A stretch of 64,000 bases of DNA from Anolis carolinensis (taxonomy: Eukaryota): NCBI RefSeq assembly GCF_035594765.1, contig NC_085842.1:320601359-320665358 (forward strand), given 5' to 3'. The position numbers were made by a program, and so were the translations under genes. The notes under the pieces are model-generated. The model searched no databases. It was given only the letters and a program-made list of their open reading frames with translations, and was not told where the DNA came from. Shown piece by piece: positions 52,977 through 64,000 of the stretch; positions within the stretch are counted from its first letter, which is position 1, and each line of letters begins with the position of its first letter.

Positions 52977-53731
52977 GAGTTAATTAATTACTTGGATATT
53001 AATAATATATATGTATTAATTAATAATATTTAATAATTAATATAATAAGTATTATTAATATTAATATTAATATAATAAATATTATTAATAATATTTAATT
53101 ATTAATATTAGCAGAATATTCTTGGAAAAGTATCACCATCAGATCCTCAGAGGTTGCCAGCCACAGATTTGTTTATTTGCTTCATTTATACCCCGTCATT
53201 CTAAACCTGTGGGGGACTCCAGGCGGCTTACAACTCTGGCAAGATTCAACGCCATTAAAAACATAATAAAACATATCCCATCAATTAAAACAGTTAAAAC
53301 TGTTAAGCAATAAAACACATAGAACAATAAACAGAATAAAAACAGATGCACTTGAAATGTCAGGAGAAGATTCTGCTAGGACGCGTTGGCCACACAGCCC
53401 AAAATTCACCCAACACCCCAGAATTATGAGTCTACACTGCCATATAATCCAGTTCAAGGCAGATAATCTGGACTTTATATGGCAGTGTAGAAGGGGCCTT
53501 AGTGGCTGCCCAAAGTTCTGGGGTCTCTTTCCTTGGAAGGCTATGAGATTGGCTCACTTTGAGAAAAGAAAACAACTATAGTTCCAGTGGTGAGAGGTGC
53601 CTTGGGAGCAATTCCAGACAAAGAATGTGAAGGAGATTGCCATAAATCGTATTCCATTAGGATGTCAAGTTTCCCTCCCTGATGTGAGGCTGGTATTCTA
53701 TTTATGTTAATATTGCATCAAGTCAACTTAC

Positions 53732-53822
53732 CTGTTGTAGTGGATATTGAGCAGGAGAATGACCAGTCCCAGGATAAAAGCCACCGGACTGAGGACAAGC
53801 ATGACTGTTTTCCAGTTGGTAC
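53732..53822 (-). CDS. Transmembrane exon of the same gene
   Basis: GTNWKTVMLVLSPVAFILGLVILLLNIHYNR; ttcag| ... AG|gtaagt. Confidence 0.85.
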
Positions 53823-54959
53823 CTGAACACAGAATTGTATATTAGGAAATGACACCTATAATCCAGGAACAAAAATGGTATTATTAGCCACGATAGCTGA
53901 AAGCCCTTTGCATAGAGAACATCTCTTTGAGAGATTTTGAGGACAATCAACAAGATGCTGCCATTATCTGGACGACTCTCTGCTCGTGCCCAGGAGATTC
54001 CCTTGCAATTCAATCATATACATATGTACTCAGACATAGAGCCCGTTCAGTCCAATGGGACTTAGTCCCAGAAATATGTGTGCCAGATTGCATCCTTAAA
54101 CTGCCTTTTCAGTTTGTATAATCAAGAGGTGGGAATCACAGTAGCATTCAGATGTTGCTTGAGGACTGCAACTCCCTACAGACTCATCCAGTACATCCAA
54201 TAATGATGAAAGATGGGAAATGCCGTCAAAGAACATCTGGAGGGCAGCACTGTTCTCAGGTGTGCCTTCAAGTCCCCTGTCGATTTATAGTGACCATATG
54301 TATTTCATAGGCTTTTTGGAAGCAGGGAAGACTCAGAGGAGGTTTTGCCAGTTCCTTCCTCTGAAACAGAGCTTAAGAGTGCTTGGGATTCATTGGCAGT
54401 TTCCCATCCAAGTATTAACCAGTACTGTTCCTGCTTCCAAAGATCAGACAAGATCTGGTGCTGTTTCAATGCCTTTCACCAACACAAAAAGCCACCGCTA
54501 TATTTTCTCATAGTGAATTCCAGGAGTATTTGTTTTCCTTGAATATTCTATTTCCCTTTTTTTGGCTTCCATCCTACCTGGATGTCGGGAACCTGCAGCT
54601 TTCCTTGGATGCTTTTTATGATGGGTGTATCTCTCTGGCGGGGAAATAAAAATACGGAGAATGAGATTAAATGACTTGGAGCAAAAGGAGGTACCTCTGT
54701 TTACACAATCTTGGTTGGCACTCATGCCCCTGAGTTTCAAAATTCTATTCCTTTCAGTATCATTTAAGAGTCTTGTTTAAGAGGGGAAAGTGAGGTATGA
54801 AGAAATATCATCATCATCATAATCATCATCAGTGCAGATTGATGGCAGCACCAAAAGCTACAGAGGTGGAATTAGCATGATTGCAAGAAAAGGAAAGGAA
54901 AATGAAGCAGAAGGGAGGAAAGAGAAGAACAATGTCTCTGGATTTCCATCCATCTAATC

Positions 54960-55250
54960 CCGCAAGATACAGTTTGTCAAATATTGGACTATGACTCAGG
55001 AAATCTCTTGATTTTTCAAGATTTATTGCAAGACCTGATATGTTTTCAATTTTTTAATTTACTATTTCCTTTACGGATTTCCCTGCTGTCCCTAATATTA
55101 TTGTGGCATCATCAGCATATAATTTTACTTTTATTTCTTCCCTACCTAATCCTTTTATTTTTTATTCATTTCTAATTAAATTAGTTAAAGGTTCTGTTGT
55201 CATGGCAAATATACTACGGGGAGAGAGGACAACCTTGTTTTGTCCCACTT
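54960..55250 (-). mobile_element. Decayed L1 reverse-transcriptase fragment
   Basis: Minus strand reads KIKGLGREEIKVKLYADDATIILG (YADD motif). Confidence 0.7.
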
Positions 55251-56160
55251 TTGATCTTGATAGTTCTTGACTTACACTCTCTCAGCCTCAGAGAAAAGCA
55301 ATGGCAAACCTCCTCTGAACAGATCTTGCCAAGAAAACCCTGTAACACGTTCACCTTAGGGTCGCCATAAGTCAGAAGACACACAAGAACAACAAGAAAT
55401 CCAGATATATCATAGCTTCAAAGCTGGAAAACAATGTAGCAGCTATACGATGCTCTGTAAATGCACAGGGCACAATTTCATGCACAAGTCTGCCTCCATA
55501 ACCTTGAATTGAATGCAAACATTCTACATCAGATAGAAAACATCCAACTACTTTCATAGCAGACGAGCAATGTAAATATGTAAAACACCAGACTGAGAGG
55601 CTCTAATTCATGATGGCCATGGATTTAGATGACTACCGGTGCATCTACACTGAAGAATTAATATAGTTTGGCCCCTCCTTGACTGCCATGGCTCAATCTT
55701 TTGGAATCCTGGCATTTATAGTTTGGTGACGTACCAGTGCACTTTGCCAGAGAAAGCTAAATATCTTGTAAAACTGCAGCAGCCATAATTCCATATTCCA
55801 TGATCCCATATTGGCCATGACAATTAAAGTAGTGTCAAAATGCATTAATTCTACAGTGGAGATGCACCCTAAGAGAACTACACTGATTCAGAAAAATACT
55901 CAGTTCATTCACTGCCTATGAATCGTGGAACCTAAAAGCTTCCAATGACGTCTAGCTCTGAATACCAGTTTCCATCAGGAAAAGAATAATGGGGGACCAT
56001 TGCTTTTTGAGCTTCATCATAATCATCATCATATGCTGGAAAGAGGACATTAGAAATTTCCTGTTTTTGGACTAATTCCTAAACAGATAAAGTACTCCTT
56101 GCCCTATAAAGTTCTCCTGTCTTCTTCTGCCTTGGTGACAGCTCTGTTTACAATACTCAC

Positions 56161-56304
56161 CTTGATCTTCTACAAAGTCCCCATCCTCATTTTTTGAAAA
56201 AGTGCTGGTGATGTTAGAAAAATCTTCCCAAATGGTGGCTGGAGGGACAGTGGTAGCCTCAACAGAAAACGTCATGTGAAGCTCAAGAGAAGCTGTAGAT
56301 TTAC
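56161..56304 (-). CDS. Ser/Thr-rich stalk exon of the same gene
   Basis: cttcctag| ... G|gtgagt; KSTASLELHMTFSVEATTVPPATIWEDFSNITSTFSKNEDGDFVEDQ; N-I-T sequon. Confidence 0.7.
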
Positions 56305-57533
56305 CTAGGAAGAAAGATGCCAAGAGGTGGTCATCAACATTTCTTCTGGCTATAAAAGATGCAGGGATCAGTGTGTCAGCGAACATCCAAGTACAGAAAT
56401 GAAGTGGCCATGTTGGCTGGTTTAACTATACACTACAACTCTCATATCCATGGGACCCTTATCTGCGGTTTCATTTATCCACATATGACAAAACAACCTT
56501 TCTATGTATTTTCTAGGTTCTCCGGTGTGACTCTGTCTATGCCATGGAATTCTAAAGTCATGCATCCTTCATTGCAAAAGGGTTTGTTATTAACTGTGGT
56601 TTCACAAAGTAATGAGAGGTCGGGCAATGCATCCCTTGCAGATATGGGGGTGGTCCTGTATTCTGGTGTAATTTGTATTGCAAATTGCCAGGCATTCCTT
56701 GCTGGGAGGAACATATAGGATGGGTGACACCTGGCTTGGAAACAGTCTATGCGAAAGGGATCTAATAGACCATGAGCTGAACATGAGTCAAGAGTGTGAT
56801 GCGACAGCTCAAAAAGTCAATGCAATTCTAGGCTTTGTCCGTAGGATTGAGGGAAGTTCTAGTTCTAGGCTGTTTTCTTCTACTCTAAAGACAAAGAGTC
56901 AATCAATTCAAACTGCCAGAAAGAGATTCCACTTAAACATTAGGAAGAACCTCCTGACAACAACAGCTATTTGCCAGTGAGATATACTTTCTCTGAGTTT
57001 GGTGAAGTCTCCTTCTTTGTTGCAGGTGCTTGGATTGCATGCTCCTGCATGGCCGAATGGGGTTGGATTGGATGGCCTCTGTAGTCATAGAATCATAGAA
57101 TCATAGAATAGTAGAGTTGGAAGAGACCTCATGGGCCATCCAGTCCAACCCCCTGCCAAGAAGCAGGAAATCGCATTCAAAGCACTAGTCTTCTCCAATC
57201 CTGTGATTTTGTGACGTCACATTAAGGAGGGGAGCAGCTTGATTTCTGTGCATAGAAACTAGGGCACAATGGATCAATGGGTTCAAATTGCAGGAAAAGA
57301 GATTCCACCTCAATATTAGGAAGAACCCATAAGGGTAAATGCTTTCACACTGGAATATGTTACTGACTGGGAGTCTGATGGCACCTCCTTCTCTGGAGGT
57401 TTTTAAGCAGAGGCTGGATGGTATTTGGATTGGATCTTCCTGTATGACAGAAGGGGGTTGGACTGGATGGCCCTTGGGTTATCTTCCAACTCCTGCAATT
57501 CTATGATTCTATATGATTAAAATGGAAATATAC

Positions 57534-58010
57534 TTTCTGGGACCCACTCCAGGGGGTCTAGAGATTCCTCCACTTGATCTCCAAATCCAGGATCCATCAC
57601 GTCTGGTTCTCCAGCACAGACTATCTTGTCAGTGAGCGTCTTCCACCTGCTGAACTTGTCCTTCTCTTTGGACAGGAAGGCCTTGTGCCCACCAGGTTTG
57701 GTGGTGAGGTGGAGGCCAGAGCCTTGCAGGGTGAGGTGTCCCTTTTGGCTGCAGGCCCAGCCCTGGGGTGACCCTTCTTCTTCGCAGGCCGCTAGCTGTG
57801 CCAAGGCAAACTCTTCTGGGTGGGAGACCGACAGGCATTGCTTGGTTGCGAGGCTGACCACGGCCTTCACAGCCAGGTTCCAGCGCCATTGATGGTGGAG
57901 GGAATGGGGCTTGCATTCGGAGAGGCCCACTTGGTCAACCGCGTGGGGGAAGACGTGGATGCACTTCCCCAGCCGGGAGTTTTTGATGAGGAAACTCTCT
58001 CCTCCCGATG
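57534..58010 (-). CDS. Ricin-B (beta-trefoil, mannose-receptor CysR-like) domain exon
   Basis: SFLIKNSRLGKCIH...ECK...HQWRW...QCLSV...AC...QGWAC...RWK...VC; symmetric phase-1 exon of 477 nt. Confidence 0.85.
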
Positions 58011-60038
58011 CTGAAGGGAATAAGACAACAACAACAACATTCAATGTGCTTCTAATTTGATACCAGGCATCATCTTACCCCTTTCATGACCCGTTTCTTC
58101 TAGTAACACATGTCTTGAGGATGATTTTTCCCTAATTCATATAACTCCACCACTTAATCAACATAAACCTTGTGTCTCTGTATTCATGGTTATGCTTGTA
58201 CATTTGGTGCCAACTGTACTTGTATCCTTTTGGATTGGATTGCTAATTAACCTCTGTGGCTGCTTTCACCTGGTGAGTGTGTTGTTCATCAGTTGGGAAC
58301 TTTGGGCTTTAGCATAAATGCTCACCAGGCATGGACCCTCCTTATCCACAATCCTAGTCTGAATTCACCCTCATATCTACATCTGCAACATCTCCTGACC
58401 CTCCACTAGCCCTCCTTAATAGCCAGCAACTGCCTTGGGAAGAGGAGGGTTTTTTAGCTGCTGTTGGAAGTCAAAGGAGGAGGATGTTTCCATCCACATC
58501 CCTCCAGCAAGCCACGAATTAGGATCTTCCCTCAGCCTCAGGTTTTGGCCCCCTAAAAATAGGACATTGTTCATGTGCAGCAGGGACCCAATCCTTCCTT
58601 GTGTGCTTTAGAAAACAGGGTGTTCCCCACCCCTTCTCTTTGCTTCATAATAAGTCCAAAACTCTATAGAGAGCTTCCTGTTCCTTTGGACATGAAGTAC
58701 AATACCTTTAATAAGGTGCCACAAAAAAACCCCAAAGATCAGCCTGGCTGTGTCAAAGGAACTTGGCTGGGAAATGAGCATACAATAGATGAAAAGCTTT
58801 CACTGTTTCCTTACAGGAAGATCCCAATAAGTATTTGGTTTTTGCAAGAAGGGGATCTCTCAACGTGAGCTGAGCACTGAACGGGGCCAGAGAAAAGCAA
58901 ACAATGCAATCCTGTTTAAGCTTCTACACCAAGCCTGGGCAAACTTCGGCCCTCCAGGTGTTTTGGACTTCAACTCCCACAATCCCTAACAGCCAGTACA
59001 CCTGAAGTCCAAAACACCTGGAGGGCTGAAGTTTGCCCATGCCTGGTAAATTAGGATACAGTAAAAACTACAGAAAGTCAACACTTTCTGTAAGAAAGCT
59101 GCGTAATCCTTTAACCAGTTAAACCCCTGGCTGCAGCTCTTGTACCAAGTGACATTTCTAAGCCTTCAAAACCATCCCCACATAGTTCCTTACAGTTATC
59201 CCAATGGGAATGAACTCAATATGTCCCGGTGGCCAGGTAAGGCAGGTCCCCAAAGAGGCTGAGAAGGTGCACAAGTTAGACGGGTGCAGGGGCGGCTAAA
59301 CCTATACACAAAGTACGCAAATGCGGAAGGCGCCAATCCCCTGGGGGCGCTATTGAGGTGCCCGGTTCAGTGCCCAGAGAGAGAGAGAGAGGTGGGCAAA
59401 CAAAACTTCTAGGAAACAGCAACGCGCCCCGGGTTTCTTTAAACCGGGCCTTTGCCGGAGGGAGGAAACTCTTCCCTCTGGTAAAGGCCCGGGACTTTGG
59501 GGACATCTCCATGGCTCCCTTCTTCCACTCTCACTTCATTTGGAGGTGGGGGACAAAATACTGTTTGCTTACACTTGAAAATTGCCTAGGGCCGGCCCTG
59601 GACGGGTGCAAAAGCAGTCCTTGTTGGAAATGCAGCAGTGAAGCGAAAAGTGGGTAGGAGTAATAGGGTTAGATAGTTAGACCTCTGTTTAGCTATTGTG
59701 ACTCCTCTGTGATACAAACGGATGCTCTTTGGGATGCTTCTCCACCTCTTCTGCTTCCCACGAATCTTGACCTTTCAAGTTGTAGCTAGGTCGGGTCAGG
59801 CCTCTTGAGTAACTTTCCTGTCTTAGAACAGAGTTCCTACAGTAAAGCTTCGTAGTTCCCTTTCTCCAAGCCAATGGCATGTTAAATCAAGATCTCTAAC
59901 TCAAAAGGGAAAACCTACTCTGTCAAAATAATGCAATTTTCACCACTTTACCTCACCATGGCTAAATGTTATGGAATCATAAGCGTTGCAGATTGGCACA
60001 GCACCAGCACTCTGGCAGAGAAGGCTAAAGACTTAATA

Positions 60039-60115
60039 CAGGGCGTTTGAAAAAGAACTCCCTAGTTTCACTGTATATATACTTAAAACTAGGGAGTTCT
60101 TTTTCAAACACACTG
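60039..60115. mobile_element. 77-bp mariner-like mini-MITE nested in an older palindromic repeat
   Basis: TA-CAGGGCGTTTGAAAAAGAACTCCCTAGTTT ... AAACTAGGGAGTTCTTTTTCAAACACACTG-TA. Confidence 0.75.
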
Positions 60116-61556
60116 TACAATTACAATTCCTAGGATTCTATAGCACCAAGCCATGCCAGTTACAGTGATGTCAAACTGGGTTAATTCTTCAGTGTAGGTG
60201 TATCCCTAATTCTCCTAATTCACCAATAATTTTCCTTGGGAAGGGGGAACAGAAGTGAGTAGGGTTTCATATCAATCCAAGAGGATTGACAAGCTCTTCT
60301 GCCCGTATTATACACATGATAAAAGTGAAAATCTGTATGTAGCTGGGGTGTCCATTTACACAGACAAGCTCCCACTTCCACAAACAGCTATAGCTCCCAC
60401 TACCCAGGAGACACCAATGGCCCTCCCTTCAATGACATTTCAGATTATAGAGGGAACCGTAAACATGTCCAAGAACCCTGACAAAGTCCTTCACAAACAC
60501 CATCCTTCCCACCACCCAAGTGAAGGTTTTCCTACAGGGACAATTTCATCCTAGTTTTTATGTGTTTCCTCCACCACAGACATCCCAGTGTTCTGACTGT
60601 CTCCATTGGTTTGGAATTTGCATGATCCCGCCCACTGCCTCTCCCATAACCCTTTCCTATTCTTTTCTATGGCGCACATCAAACAGAGGAATTGATCAGC
60701 AACTGAACATACTAGAGAGAATTTACCATGATTTATAGGAGTTGCAGGGATTGGAATGTATAGTTCATCTGCAATCTAAAAGCACCCTGAACTCCACCAA
60801 CGATGGACCTGGAACTAACTTGGCACACAGAGCTCCTATGATCAGCAAAAATTACTGGAGGTCTTTGGGGGAGTTGTAGTTCACCTACATCCAGAGAGCA
60901 CTGTGAACCCAAACATCGATGGATGTGGGCCAAACTTTCCACACAGACCTGATATGCTGAAATTTGATTACTGGAGGGGTTTGTGGGGAACTGACCTTCC
61001 TTTCTGGGAGTTGTAGTTCGCCCACAGCCAGGGAAACTGACCTTCACCAATGATGGATCTGGACCAAATTTGGCATACAGAAGCCCATGATGAACTCAAT
61101 CTACTGAAAGGGTTTGAGCGGACTGACTGGCTATAGTGGGAGTTGTAGTTTGCCCTACAGTCAGAGAGCACAATGAACCCCACCCATGATGCATCCAGAG
61201 CAAACTTTCCCAACATAACAAACTTTAAGTACTGATGGAGTTTCTGGGGGTTAACCTGGCATGATGTGAGTTGTAGTTCAGCCACGACCTTATGCGTTTT
61301 GTACAATTAAAAAACTGACTTTTTCAAATTACCTGGGCAACTCCAGGGACCCAAGTTAGTATATATATTTATATATTTGCACACTGAATCCTTCAGATGT
61401 TGCCAAGCGATCTGGCTTCACAACAAACAAAAAGCAGACCAAACAGGGGAGGCAAACTAAAGTAGTTCCCACAAGCAGGAAACATCTAATCTTACCGACA
61501 AGAAGAACATTCCCAAATTATGAATAAATTAGAAATAGACGGAAAAACGAACTTAC

Positions 61557-61611
61557 CCTGGAGCCACAAAAGGAGGAACGTCCAATTTGGGCCACTTTTG
61601 AAAAGCCCCAT
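61557..61611 (-). CDS. Signal-peptide exon of the ricin-B-domain type I membrane protein
   Basis: acaATGG Kozak context; MGLFKSGPNWTFLLLWLQ; donor G|gtaagt, phase 1 matches the next exon. Confidence 0.7.
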
Positions 61612-62479
61612 TGTGTCCCTCCCAGCAAAGAAAACCAGGAGCAAAGGACAGGGAGAGAGAACAAGGAGTTTTCTTTTGTAAAGAGCAAATTGGATTGCAG
61701 AGGGGAAGCTGCTTCAGTTTGCGTCCGTCCGGAAACGGGCTGGAAGGGAAAGAAGAAAAGATGCTAAGAGACAAACAAATGCCATAAGAAAACAAGGGTC
61801 CCTCTACCCAACAGATGCTAGTGCTCAAAGCGACAATGAGCTGCGGATCCACAAAGGAGAGACTCAGGGACATGCAATTTGCATCTCTCAGAACAAAATG
61901 TGACATTGCCCAGAGACGCCTGTCCTTGCCTTACCTCCCGATAGTAAAAAGCAGCGAAAGCTTTGGAGCCACACAGAGTTCTTCTTTGGGAAGGAAGGCC
62001 CCACCTTCCTAACTATGTGTCTGGAGAGGGATGCTCAATATAAATATTCTGAAACTTTAGGACAAAGGAAGGACCCCCCCCCCCTCTTTGGAAGCAGAGC
62101 TTTCTGAAGGGTGGCAGAGAATACTAAAGAGCTTGAGGGAGGGGAACATGCCTGAAAACTGGAAGAGAGCCAAGGTATCCATTATAAAGGCAAACAAAGG
62201 AGGAGTGGAGGCACAAAGTCGCCCAAAGTAGGAAGCTCATCGTTTGCTGCCGATCCTGATAATCCACATTGCACTGCTGGTGCTTGAATGTGTAGCTGAA
62301 AGCTATTGACTCTGGCCTATGGCCATCTATCTAAAGGGATGTCCTGTGCAAGGTGCAGCAAATTTATTTTCTGCTGCTTCAGACAAATCCAGAATTTCCA
62401 AAGTTTTTGAGTAGAGGTGACAATCATGAATCAGATCACAGGAATTAAAAAACTTGGGACTGCGCTTTGAATCAATACA

Positions 62480-63740
62480 GTGAAGCAAGGCCAAATCCAT
62501 ATACTTGATCAAAGTTATATCCAGAACTTGAGAACAAAACAGAGGATCTTCTTTGTTTCCGACTCTTCATGACCTCATGGACCAGTCCACGCCAGAGCTC
62601 CCTGTCGGCCGTTGCCACCTCCAGTTCCTTCAAGTTCATACCAGTCACTTCAAGGATAACGTCCATCCATCTCGCCCTTGGTCGGCCTCTCTTCCTTTTT
62701 CCTTCCTTCCCAGCATCATGATCTTTTCCAAGCTTTCCTGTCTTCTCATGATGTGGCAAAGGACTTCATCTTTGCCTCTAATCTCCTTCCCTCCAGTGAG
62801 CAGCCAGGTATTATTTTCTAGAGGATGGACTGGTTGGATCTTCTTGCAGTCCAAGGCATGCTCAGGATTTTTCTCCAGCACCAAAGTTCAAAAGCATCTA
62901 TCTTCCTTCGCTCAGCCTTCCTTATGGTCCAGCTCTCGCATCCATAGGTTGCTATGGGGAACACCACTGCTTTCACTATGCGGAACTTCATTGCCAGTGT
63001 GATGTCTCTGCTCTTCACTGTTTTGTCAAGGTTGGCCATTGCTCTCCTCCCAAGAAGGAAACGTCTTCTTATTTCCTTGCTGCAGTCTGCATTTACAGTC
63101 ATCTTCATACCTAGAAATATAATGTCTGTCACTCTCTCCACGTTTTCTCCCTCTATTTGCCAGTCATCAATCAGTCATCAATCAGAGGATAAACCAGACC
63201 AAAAACCATGAAGACAGGAACAGGAATTAATATGCAGGAACTTGAAACATAAACAAACAAACATGAACAAGACCCAAGATCCAGAAACTTGAACACTTAA
63301 AGCAAGGCCATAGAACTTCAGAGTTGTTCCAACTTGAAATGCAATGTTATTCTCACAAAGAGCAGTCTGCTTGGAGCCCGCTTAAAAGCCTCAATTCCTT
63401 CCCATAACATAATTTCTCATACACCTGGTTCTTCACTGCTTATCTCAAAGCCACTGGGAAAAGCGAGTCTGTCTCTCTTTCACATTCTCTCAGCACAGCT
63501 GCAGCTGCTCTGACCTAGTAACAGACTCACACTACCCCACATTCCTCTCAGGAGCAAACTGTGGCAGATTCTCATGGGAACAGATTTCACTTTCTCTAAC
63601 ATCCTGTGAACTACCGGGATGTTCACTAACAAATCTCTCCATGCCACTTCCATTCTCCATTCCCCCAAACCCCCTCCTGAGACCCCACAAAATCCCCTTC
63701 CTCATCCTCTGAAGCATCAGATTCTTCACAAACCACAACA
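62480..63740 (-). mobile_element. Decayed LTR (third family), interrupted by an RTE LINE; 3' end unresolved
   Basis: Begins TGTTGTG at 63740, exactly where the L1 zinc-knuckle coding stops; acidic U3 frame; LTR-like T-rich 3' part continues across the RTE insertion. Confidence 0.6.
62548..63182 (-). mobile_element. 5'-truncated RTE/BovB-clade LINE
   Basis: DCSKEIRRR...YGCESWT...IDAFELWCWRKIL..PWTARRSNQSIL, then GKRKRGRPRARWMD; flanked by CAGAGGAT repeats (62540-47, 63183-90). Confidence 0.9.
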
Positions 63741-64000
63741 AAGTCCAGCACATATGATAAAATGTTCCAGTTGTTGTCTTACATTTCAAGCATAATTTCG
63801 ATTTTTTATTTATCTTTGAGAGTTTTTCTGGAGTTTTGTACCACCTGGAGATCGTTTTGTAAACATTTTCTTTAACTGAGTAACATTTTGTAAATTGAAA
63901 TCTTTTCTTCCAGAATTCTTCCCATTATTCTACTAAGTGTATTGCTTGCCCTATGTTTTTTGCCAATTGGATCATGGAGTCTTTTATTTGTTCATCAATT
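63741..64000 (-). mobile_element. L1-clade LINE ORF2 C-terminal fragment
   Basis: ...RWYKTPEKLSKI...CLKCKTTTGTFYHMCWT zinc-knuckle region. Confidence 0.75.

Noticed and set aside
61553-61906. 117-aa minus-strand ORF
   Set aside because: The plausible coding frame is the short signal-peptide frame from ATG 61611; this ORF is an alternative frame over UTR and intron.

Overview
Vertebrate genomic DNA, most likely an Anolis-type lizard (Sauria SINE, Anolis SINE2-like, SPIN, Penelope, CR1 and RTE repeats). Four genes were spliced by eye. (1) The last three coding exons of UBAP1 (+, 2816-5335), including a GC-AG intron. (2) The complete KIF24 CDS (-, 12 coding exons, 32292-9460, 1318 aa). (3) NUDT2 (+, 45036-46185, 145 aa), head-to-head with KIF24 across a CpG-rich bidirectional promoter (~41.2-41.9 kb) carrying X-boxes, a CDE/CHR pair and CCAAT boxes. 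(4) An unnamed 5-exon, 325-aa type I membrane protein gene (-, 61611-52122): signal peptide, ricin-B/mannose-receptor-like Cys-rich domain, S/T stalk, TM and a tail resembling OST-beta (SLC51B). The rest is mostly transposon-derived. The most unusual signal is three dissimilar LTRs (20184-21231, 43035-43899, ~62480-63740), each with a reading frame starting in the same register at the LTR 5' end. These frames encode acidic 'FxGF'-type motifs like the LEDGF/TFIIS-N-domain-binding motif (LTR1 has DIFAAPSDEESFEGF) and/or RxSxR(L/I) chromatin-binding-like motifs. Penelope copies carry minimal hammerhead ribozyme cores. No database searches were run; family assignments come from recognition.
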